A program made the translations under genes and the position numbers. From a virus (taxonomy: Duplodnaviria; Caudoviricetes), in IMG/VR virus record IMGVR_UViG_3300042291_001013: a DNA stretch of 64,000 nucleotides. One strand, 5' to 3'. Below, one piece after another: positions 58,263-64,000 of the stretch; the first letter of the stretch is position 1, and each line of letters opens with the position of its first letter. The notes beneath the pieces were generated by a model, which saw only the letters and a program-made list of their open reading frames with translations, searched no databases and had not been told where the DNA came from.

Positions 58263-58473
58263 TTTCTTCTCCTTGTGGTAGTTGTGCTTCTGACTGCTGA
58301 GCTTGTTCCTGCTGTTCAGCCTGCTGTTTTACAGCCTCGAGAAACCGGGTAAGTTTGTCGTATGTTTCGCCAACAGCTCGCATTTCTGACGCTTTGAAAG
58401 CACCGCGTGTGCAAGCCGCGTCAATGAGTTGATGTATTGATGCCAAGTCGGCAATTGTAAGTTGTGTGTCCAT
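58255..58473 (-). CDS. Hypothetical protein (72 aa)
   Basis: Preceded by TTAAATA; its 3' end contains the SD of the next gene. Confidence 0.75.
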   Translation of the reverse strand: MDTQLTIADLASIHQLIDAACTRGAFKASEMRAVGETYDKLTRFLEAVKQQAEQQEQAQQSEAQLPQGEENA

Positions 58474-58478
58474 ATAGA

Positions 58479-58485
58479 TATTTAA
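58479..58485 (-). promoter_or_regulatory. Late promoter-like element (TTAAATA)
   Basis: TAAATA core 5 nt before the ATG at 58473; would transcribe the thyX block. Confidence 0.55.
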
Positions 58486-58535
58486 TGTCTAAATACCTAC
58501 AGAAATAATTTTAAATGCGATTTTGGGCAAATTGA

Positions 58536-58847
58536 TCACAGCCAAGCATGGGCTGTGCGTGTGTTAAGATAGCGCATACTGGCCTGGCCCGCACTAGCAA
58601 AATATCGCTTTTCAAACAGTTGATAGGCACTCCTCCAACGAAGCCGTACAGGTTCGGGTGCATGGCAAGCCCGATAGTGCAAGCACTGAAACGTGCGAAT
58701 AATAAATTGGCGGTTGATCCCGTCCTTGGCTCGGTTCCAACGCACTCTGCTCTGCCAATTGTAGTTGATCGTGCGCCCGTGTTTTAGACGGTGTTTCAGT
58801 TGGTATAATTTGCCTATGTCTCGTGGCCTAAATTTGCTCAGTTCCAT
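58536..58847 (-). CDS. Hypothetical basic protein (103 aa)
   Basis: ATG overlaps the upstream stop and the ORF fills the gap; very Arg-rich, no motif. Confidence 0.45.
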   Translation of the reverse strand: MELSKFRPRDIGKLYQLKHRLKHGRTINYNWQSRVRWNRAKDGINRQFIIRTFQCLHYRACHAPEPVRLRWRSAYQLFEKRYFASAGQASMRYLNTRTAHAWL

Positions 58848-59077
58848 GCTTTTAAATCCTTGGGACCAACAAAAATTATCTGCGTTACAATACCATTGTG
58901 CTTGATCGGCAAATCCAAGTGTACACTAACCCTGGGACCTTGCCGTTCATTGATCAAGGTATCGTTGCCCACAGTGCCCACAAAAGGAATTTTGTTCCAC
59001 TTGCCATGCACACGATCTCCAATGTCCCAAGTGGCCTTGTATCGGTTCTGTGCAAAGTATTCGGCAAGATTACCCAC
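58838..59077 (-). CDS. Hypothetical small beta-barrel (SH3-like) protein
   Basis: Probable GTG start at 59077 (MGNLAEYF...IGDRVHGKWNKIPFVGTVG), overlapping the stop of the upstream ORF. Confidence 0.6.
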   Translation of the reverse strand: MGNLAEYFAQNRYKATWDIGDRVHGKWNKIPFVGTVGNDTLINERQGPRVSVHLDLPIKHNGIVTQIIFVGPKDLKAWN

Positions 59078-59219
59078 GTGGTTGTCTCCACTGCTCACGT
59101 GCCAATTTGGTTTCTTCTGCAATTCTTTTGCTCAAAGACCAAAGTGGTTGCCAGAAATAACCAATTACAAATCCACCGACCAAGCAAGTCAGAGCAATCT
59201 TTATTTCTTCCCAGTTCAT
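59070..59219 (-). CDS. Small 49-aa single-pass membrane protein not in the ORF track
   Basis: Hand translation: MNWEEIKIALTCLVGGFVIGYFWQPLWSLSKRIAEETKLAREQWRQPRG*; ATGA overlap upstream. Confidence 0.65.
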   Translation of the reverse strand: MNWEEIKIALTCLVGGFVIGYFWQPLWSLSKRIAEETKLAREQWRQPRG

Positions 59220-59431
59220 ACAATTTTTCCTATGCCCAAATAGATTAGTTCATCTAGCTCACGCTGGTAGTCTTGACTCAATCGACGTTTTAGATAGATT
59301 GCTGTAAGCAGTTCAGTTCCAGACTGGCTAGCCATGCCCTTGCCACGACTTTCTAATTCTTCAACAAGATCTTCAGTGTCAAAATCGTGCAACCCTACGT
59401 CAACTTCAACTTCTGTGTATACTGTTGGCAT
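59216..59431 (-). CDS. Hypothetical acidic protein (71 aa)
   Basis: Probable start ATG 59431 in a TAATG overlap (MPTVYTEVEVDVGLHDFDTEDLVEELESRG). Confidence 0.65.
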   Translation of the reverse strand: MPTVYTEVEVDVGLHDFDTEDLVEELESRGKGMASQSGTELLTAIYLKRRLSQDYQRELDELIYLGIGKIV

Positions 59432-59778
59432 TATGCCACCTCCGTTAGTTTTTTCCAAACAGCCTTCTTTTCTAGCTCGGTGCGATATGTAGTACGACAG
59501 CCGCCTAAATCATCACGCCACATTTCGATTGCCTTGTAACTGCCACGTGATTGAGTAGGCATACTCTCGTTGATCCACATGGCAATGGCCCAGAACATTT
59601 GACGGTTGGCAGTATCAGCTGAGTATAAGGCACGTTCGTAATCCTTGGCAATCATTGACTCAACAAAGCCACCTGGGGCCCAGCCCCGTAGCAGGTAGTT
59701 ACTGATTGTGTCACGAGTATGACCAGGCACTTCCATGCCCATGTGCTTGGGATCGAGATTATCAAAGTCAATCATCAC
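59431..59778 (-). CDS. Hypothetical protein (115 aa)
   Basis: ATGA overlap with the vWA gene; YLLRGWAPGGF motif. Confidence 0.7.
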   Translation of the reverse strand: MMIDFDNLDPKHMGMEVPGHTRDTISNYLLRGWAPGGFVESMIAKDYERALYSADTANRQMFWAIAMWINESMPTQSRGSYKAIEMWRDDLGGCRTTYRTELEKKAVWKKLTEVA

Positions 59779-61073
59779 TCAGCCTCGTCGTAGTAGGCGT
59801 GTTGACCCCAAGGTGGCTCAATAGTTGTGGTACCATGCAGTATCCAAACAGTATCTGCATAATTCTCATCGCCCCAAGAACCAAACGGATATCCGTCTGT
59901 AAACACAACCAGGCGCTTGGGTTCAATCTCGTTTTCTTTGAGATAGGTAAAGATACAATCAAAGTCTGTGCCACCACCACCTTTGACTTCGTAGTCGCAA
60001 ATGTCATCCAGGTTGTCTGAGTCATATTGTGCAGGATTATATGCTTCAGTATCAAACGTAATAACATGAATCTTGTAAGCAGGGAACGAGTCCATGATGC
60101 CTTGTATCTCGCCCAAGAAGTCCTTGAGCATGCTTTCGCTAATTGACCCAGAAGCGTCCAGGGCCACAGCAATATCGATCATGGGATCTTGTTTCATGCC
60201 CGGCATTACTGCATCCATGTGCCAGCCACGTCGGCTTGCTCGCATCCAAGTGTAGTCACTCTTGATAGTGCTTTCTAACTGCATGCGGAGCAGTTCGCGC
60301 CAGTTCATCTTGGGCTCAGTAAGCTCTTGAATCAGACGCTTGACACCTGCAGGCAAGTTACCTGCACCGTCCACAGTAGCGGCAGCCGCCAGCATGGCTT
60401 CCTTGATCTCATCGCGGATCTGTTGCTTTTCAGCATCGCTAAGTTTGGGACGACCCTTGCCTTCGCCTTCTTCTCCGTCACCGTCACCTTCGCCATCCAA
60501 GTGCTCGTCCAACATCTTGTCAATAAGATCACCCAAATTGATTTTCTGCACGTTCTTCATCAAGTCGTCGTAGACTTCTTCAGAGCTAAACCCATCATAC
60601 TTGCGGTCGTACAAACAAGGCACTGTGGTAATCTTTTCACCTACATTGTGTTTGACAAGGTCGCCGTTGACACAGAAGTCGTTAGCAATGTTCCAGATCT
60701 GCGGATCTCGATCACCACGACGTCCAAAGTGATCATAAACACAATGCAACACCTCGTGCCCAAACAAGAACTCAATTTCTTTGGGCTTGAGCATTTTAAT
60801 AAAGCGACTATTGTAATAGAAGTGGCGTCCGTCCGTTGCGGCAGTACCACACCATTCGTCAGCGTTTACTAACTTGAGTCGAGTAGCAAGGTTGCCAAAG
60901 AAACTGGCCTTGAGCAACAAGCCCACACGGGCAGTAATCAACATTTCGCGTACTTCGCGATCCAGTTTGGGTTCCATGGGACCAATTAGATTGGCAAATT
61001 TTTGTTTGTCTTCTTTAGTAGCAGTGGTACCGCTAGCTTTTGCATATAGCACGTCGGGAGTAAAATAGTGCAT
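59775..61073 (-). CDS. HExxH metallopeptidase-like plus vWA domain protein (DUF2201-type architecture)
   Basis: TAATDG, FLFGHEVLHCVYDH (HExxH), WNIANDFCVN; C-terminal VALDASGSIS (MIDAS DxSxS), GGGTDF, VFTDG. Confidence 0.88.
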   Translation of the reverse strand: MHYFTPDVLYAKASGTTATKEDKQKFANLIGPMEPKLDREVREMLITARVGLLLKASFFGNLATRLKLVNADEWCGTAATDGRHFYYNSRFIKMLKPKEIEFLFGHEVLHCVYDHFGRRGDRDPQIWNIANDFCVNGDLVKHNVGEKITTVPCLYDRKYDGFSSEEVYDDLMKNVQKINLGDLIDKMLDEHLDGEGDGDGEEGEGKGRPKLSDAEKQQIRDEIKEAMLAAAATVDGAGNLPAGVKRLIQELTEPKMNWRELLRMQLESTIKSDYTWMRASRRGWHMDAVMPGMKQDPMIDIAVALDASGSISESMLKDFLGEIQGIMDSFPAYKIHVITFDTEAYNPAQYDSDNLDDICDYEVKGGGGTDFDCIFTYLKENEIEPKRLVVFTDGYPFGSWGDENYADTVWILHGTTTIEPPWGQHAYYDEAE

Positions 61074-61100
61074 GTGGGTCCTTTGTTGCGTTATGTGTAT

Positions 61101-61129
61101 ATTATAGCAGAATGCAATTTATTGGTCAA
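61101..61129 (-). promoter_or_regulatory. sigma70 early promoter TTGACC-N17-TATAAT
   Basis: TTGACC (61129-24), 17-nt spacer, TGCTATAAT followed by ATACACATA; upstream of the vWA gene. Confidence 0.85.
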
Positions 61130-61137
61130 GTTGTAAG

Positions 61138-61157
61138 TGTAGCACTTGAGTACTACA
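61138..61157. promoter_or_regulatory. Imperfect 20-bp palindrome, putative operator copy 1
   Basis: TGTAGCACT-TG-AGTACTACA (8/9 arm match), 8 nt upstream of the -35; similar sequence at 63731. Confidence 0.5.
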
Positions 61158-61437
61158 AATTCAAGTACTTTAGTTGAAACCATGACTGTGCCTGCTCACT
61201 GTAAAAGTCCAAACAAACTTGGTCTTGGTAGTGCATTTTTGGTCCATTTGGGGTTGGGTGGTCAATTGGCACAAGTCCTTGGTGGTAGCGATACATAAAC
61301 CCTAGCTCACGCTTTAGTTTTGGTCTAATGGCCATGCTCATGCCGTACTGTTGCAAAATTTTAGCATAGATATCTGCCCACTCACCAGGGTTGTGAAAGA
61401 TGATCAGGTTCTTTTTTATTGTGATGCGGGATGACAT
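61153..61437 (-). CDS. Hypothetical protein (~94 aa)
   Basis: Probable ATG 61437; ends CLDFYSEQAQSWFQLKYL. Confidence 0.65.
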   Translation of the reverse strand: MSSRITIKKNLIIFHNPGEWADIYAKILQQYGMSMAIRPKLKRELGFMYRYHQGLVPIDHPTPNGPKMHYQDQVCLDFYSEQAQSWFQLKYLNL

Positions 61438-61745
61438 AACACAAACCAACTCAGTGTTTTATCTTCGTCTACATAGATGCGATAGTCGCCGTACTTGACA
61501 GCATAGGCCCAGACAGGATTGATGTCGTTGTCTTGATATACTTCACGGTGGTTGCGTTTATTTTGCATCATTTGACTGCGAGTCTCAACATCCTGACTCC
61601 AACCAAAATGTTCGTTGAACCAGCGTCGGCATCGATCAAAATCTAGCACGCCAGTGCCACGGCCAACATCTTTTTTGAACTCAATAAGGTATCGGTATCC
61701 ATGTCTGGAATACCTGCCATCCATCTTGATAATTTTGTAATGCAT
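61416..61745 (-). CDS. Hypothetical protein (109 aa)
   Basis: Probable ATG 61745 (MHYKIIKMDGRY); the track's upstream extension overlaps the AAA gene. Confidence 0.65.
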   Translation of the reverse strand: MHYKIIKMDGRYSRHGYRYLIEFKKDVGRGTGVLDFDRCRRWFNEHFGWSQDVETRSQMMQNKRNHREVYQDNDINPVWAYAVKYGDYRIYVDEDKTLSWFVLCHPASQ

Positions 61746-61751
61746 AGTTAT

Positions 61752-61783
61752 AAAAAGAAAAGGAGCCGTGTGCCACACAGCCC
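61752..61783 (-). terminator. Intrinsic terminator downstream of the AAA ATPase gene
   Basis: Minus-strand stem GGGCTGTG/CACGGCTC with G-U pairs, then CTTTTCTTTTT. Confidence 0.6.
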
Positions 61784-61812
61784 GTGTATTTAATACACAC
61801 GGCCCCTTTAAC

Positions 61813-62898
61813 TTAGGCTGAAGCCTGCAAGATGTACTTGCCAAATCGCGAGTGGAACTCGTCAAAGTGCTTGAGCTTGGTGGGCAGGAAGGGCAAGTCG
61901 TATGTGGTAAGAGCAATACGAGCACCCATCACAGTGAGCTCAGTCTCAAAGTTCTTCATCATGTATGCCAGGAAGTTGTCTGCCATGTTATGGAACTCCT
62001 TGCTGTCAACTTTCTTCTCAACAGCATCCTTGAGCTCGTAGCACATGGAGATCACCAGACTGTACATGGCACTCACTTCTTTTACGTTCAAGTCCTTGAC
62101 CTTGCCATCCAAGATGTCCTTGGGGTTGGGCATACGTCCAGCAACCTTGCGGTGGCTCATGAACTTAACTGCAAGGCCTTCGCCCACAGTACCTGCAATC
62201 AGATTAGTTAGAGTCTCGTCGTCAGTGGACTCGTCGTTTAACAGCTGGCTCACAAAAGTCCATGAACGCGGAGTAGCAAATGCACGTGAGCTAGACTTGG
62301 CGTCAAAGTCGTACAAGTCCTGCTTGGCAAAACTCAAGTAACCCACAACGTCTTTGTGGATCTTGTTCATCACAGCCCACTCTTGGTAGCTGGCAAAGTC
62401 CACCTTCATCTCTTGGTGAATAAAGCGGTTTGCCAGCGGTGTTGGCATGCGATATGTAACACCCTTGTCCGACTCACGGTTACCTGCGGCAACCATCACA
62501 ACATTGTCGGGTAACTTATACTTGCCAATACGTCGATTCAAGATCAGCTGATACGCCGCGGCCTGTACACTAGCCGGAGCCGAGTTCAGTTCGTCCAAGA
62601 ACAGCACCACAATGGGATACTGGCTGGCAAGTTCGTCGTCGGGCAGTTCCACAGGAGGTGCCCAATCCATCTTGCCAAGGTCCTTGTTGTAATACGGAAT
62701 ACCGCGAATGTCTGTGGGTTCCATCTGACCCAGGCGCAAGTCAATCATAAGACCATTAAGGTCATTAGTGATGCCTTCAACAAGTTCACTCTTGCCAATG
62801 CCGGGAGGACCCCACAAGAACAAAGGACGTTTGACTTGGAATGCCTTGAGCAGACTTTTGCGAGCTTGCAGGGCGGTAACGGTGCGTGATTCTGACAT
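61813..62898 (-). CDS. MoxR-like AAA+ ATPase
   Basis: Walker A LWGPPGIGKS, DLRLGQMEPTDIRGIP, Walker B LFLDELN, VAAGN, Arg finger LANRF. Confidence 0.9.
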   Translation of the reverse strand: MSESRTVTALQARKSLLKAFQVKRPLFLWGPPGIGKSELVEGITNDLNGLMIDLRLGQMEPTDIRGIPYYNKDLGKMDWAPPVELPDDELASQYPIVVLFLDELNSAPASVQAAAYQLILNRRIGKYKLPDNVVMVAAGNRESDKGVTYRMPTPLANRFIHQEMKVDFASYQEWAVMNKIHKDVVGYLSFAKQDLYDFDAKSSSRAFATPRSWTFVSQLLNDESTDDETLTNLIAGTVGEGLAVKFMSHRKVAGRMPNPKDILDGKVKDLNVKEVSAMYSLVISMCYELKDAVEKKVDSKEFHNMADNFLAYMMKNFETELTVMGARIALTTYDLPFLPTKLKHFDEFHSRFGKYILQASA

Positions 62899-62934
62899 GG
62901 GCTGTGCCTTTTAAAAAATTGTTGCTAAGTCGTT

Positions 62935-62963
62935 ATTGTAGTTGATCTTGATTTAATGGTCAA
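62935..62963 (-). promoter_or_regulatory. sigma70 early promoter TTGACC-N17-TACAAT
   Basis: Exact 17-nt spacing; the -35 contains the TGA stop of the upstream ORF; upstream of the AAA gene. Confidence 0.75.
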
Positions 62964-63142
62964 CTGTTCATTGTTGCAAAAGGGCTAAGAACTTCTTCAG
63001 TTTCTCCATCCATCTCCTGCGCCTCGTAGACCCAGTTCACTGGAATCTCCAGCTCACGGGCCACGTCCATGGGAGTATTGCCTGCTTTCAGCAAGTACTC
63101 GATGTCTAGTACTAGTTCGCTCATCTTACTCATGTTATTCAC
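62960..63142 (-). CDS. Hypothetical protein (~57-60 aa)
   Basis: AAGG SD before MSKMSELVLDIEYLL; short helical/HTH-like TPMDVARELEIPVNWVYE. Confidence 0.6.
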   Translation of the reverse strand: MNNMSKMSELVLDIEYLLKAGNTPMDVARELEIPVNWVYEAQEMDGETEEVLSPFATMNS

Positions 63143-63148
63143 CTTAAA

Positions 63149-63376
63149 TTAAGCCGGAACTCGAGCATCCATCATTTCTGACAGGATAAATTTGGCAATG
63201 TTGATTTGCTTGCGAGCAGTTTCAGTCTGGCCCATGGCCATTAGTTCTTGTGCATCACTCAGCACACCCATAGCAACCATTTCAAGTCCAGTGAACTTTG
63301 CTGTGATGCTTTCCATGTACTGCTCACGGATATCAGCTTCAGACATACCGTAGCACTTGTTTTCAAATTCTGTCAT
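63149..63376 (-). CDS. Hypothetical protein (75 aa)
   Basis: AAGGA SD and a strong promoter upstream. Confidence 0.75.
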   Translation of the reverse strand: MTEFENKCYGMSEADIREQYMESITAKFTGLEMVAMGVLSDAQELMAMGQTETARKQINIAKFILSEMMDARVPA

Positions 63377-63407
63377 TTCAAGTTCCTTTGTGTTTCAATA
63401 TGTGTAT

Positions 63408-63436
63408 ATTATAGCAAATTGGGCGTTTTTGGTCAA
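63408..63436 (-). promoter_or_regulatory. sigma70 early promoter TTGACC-N17-TATAAT
   Basis: Shares the 18-mer TGCTATAATATACACATA with the 61101 promoter; the -35 contains the upstream TGA stop. Confidence 0.85.
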
Positions 63437-63663
63437 ATCAGAGCTTTGAATAACCCTACAATGCCAATGGTCAAAGAAATCAGGTTGACCATTAATTGGG
63501 GACGATTTTTAACCCGTGCCGCCCAGATCAAAAACAATACAGTGCCCAGGGCAAATGTCACAATGTTGTAAGGGTAAACTGAGGGTCCGATTGCGTTGAG
63601 AGTATGGCCAGCCACAATTGCTATGGCCCCTGCCCACTGTATTGCTTCATTTGTTTTGTTCAT
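63433..63663 (-). CDS. Small multi-pass membrane protein (76 aa)
   Basis: Probable ATG 63663, 6 nt after TATAAT; three hydrophobic segments (QWAGAIAIVAG, YNIVTFALGTVLFLIWA, QLMVNLISLTIGIVGL). Confidence 0.7.
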   Translation of the reverse strand: MNKTNEAIQWAGAIAIVAGHTLNAIGPSVYPYNIVTFALGTVLFLIWAARVKNRPQLMVNLISLTIGIVGLFKALI

Positions 63664-63669
63664 GCCACA

Positions 63670-63698
63670 ATTATAGCATTTTGGGAATAATTGGTCAA
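63670..63698 (-). promoter_or_regulatory. sigma70 early promoter TTGACC-N17-TATAAT
   Basis: TTGACC (63698-93), 17-nt spacer, TGCTATAAT. Confidence 0.85.
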
Positions 63699-63700
63699 CC

Positions 63701-63730
63701 AAAGAAAAGGCCTGCATAGGGCAGGGTTTT
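63701..63730 (-). terminator. Possible weak terminator after the second TctC gene
   Basis: CCTGC-CCTAT-GCAGG stem followed by CCTTTTCTTT on the minus strand; the stem is short. Confidence 0.35.
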
Positions 63731-63750
63731 TGTAGTACTTGAGTATTAGT
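63731..63750. promoter_or_regulatory. Imperfect palindrome, putative operator copy 2
   Basis: TGTAGTACTTGAGTATTAGT; 16/20 identical to the copy at 61138; intergenic, upstream of the 63698 promoter. Confidence 0.5.
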
Positions 63751-63753
63751 TTT

Positions 63754-63999
63754 TTATTTGACTTTTTCGGTAAGTTTGACCCACGTTTTTCCATCGCTAA
63801 TAGCTTGCTGAGCAAAGTTCTTAGGGGTAGGGGCGTTTGGGTCAACTAACCCACGTTGCACTAGCTCATCCACAGACTGTTCGTATGCAAGTGCAACATC
63901 TTCTCTAAGAGTTTTAAGAATTGCAGGCGGGGTTTTTGCTGGTGCAAAAATAGCATAGTTGGTGTGAATATTTGGGAACTGTCTCAGACCCAGTCCAAC
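63754..63999 (-). CDS. C-terminus of a second TctC/Bug-family protein (5'-truncated by the window edge; not in the ORF track)
   Basis: Hand translation: ...NYAIFAPAKTPPAILKTLREDVALAYEQSVDELVQRGLVDPNAPTPKNFAQQAISDGKTWVKLTEKVK*, matching the Bug C-terminal pattern (FAPAGTP...L...G..P...TP..F...W). Confidence 0.7.
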   Translation of the reverse strand, partial: VGLGLRQFPNIHTNYAIFAPAKTPPAILKTLREDVALAYEQSVDELVQRGLVDPNAPTPKNFAQQAISDGKTWVKLTEKVK

Positions 64000-64000
64000 C

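Noticed and set aside
63840-63845. Fifth TTGACC early promoter
   Set aside because: The hexamer 17 nt downstream is AAGAAC, not a -10, and the site lies within the TctC coding sequence.
1-64000. Stop-codon reassignment (TAG/TGA recoding)
   Set aside because: ORFs up to 15 kb are open in code 11 and genes tile without gaps; TAA, TGA and TAG all end genes at sensible positions.
1-64000. tRNA, rRNA or other structured RNA genes
   Set aside because: Intergenic gaps are all under about 100 nt and are occupied by promoters or terminators; no cloverleaf or rRNA signature was seen by eye.

Overview
The window is part of a large T4-like (myovirus or jumbo) phage genome read in the standard genetic code, with three blocks. 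(1) 1-29287 (+): tail/baseplate module containing a 5'-truncated hub-like gene, a gp5/VgrG-like spike, a gp25 and a gp6 homolog, a 5135-aa giant protein, a tail fibre with an intramolecular-chaperone domain, and T4-type late promoters (TAAATA). (2) 29344-56530: a ~27 kb, almost gap-free, translationally coupled enzyme cluster. It holds five radical SAM enzymes with an N-terminal twitch-like Fe-S domain, five paralogs of a 'TEK' fucosyltransferase-like family, four GT-A-like proteins, two SGNH-fold proteins, an adenylate-forming enzyme, a TctC/Bug binding protein, a NodU-type carbamoyltransferase, a 2OG-Fe(II) oxygenase, an amidinotransferase, a DegT aminotransferase and an NDP-sugar epimerase/dehydratase. 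This is the candidate undescribed system: phage-encoded synthesis of a heavily modified amino/guanidino/carbamoyl sugar whose acceptor is unknown. (3) 56547-64000 (-): thyX, small hypothetical genes, a metallopeptidase-vWA plus MoxR AAA+ pair, repeated sigma70 early promoters with a putative operator, and a second TctC gene cut by the window edge. All family calls come from reading motifs by eye; no database search was run. No tRNA, rRNA, CRISPR array, integrase or transposase was seen.
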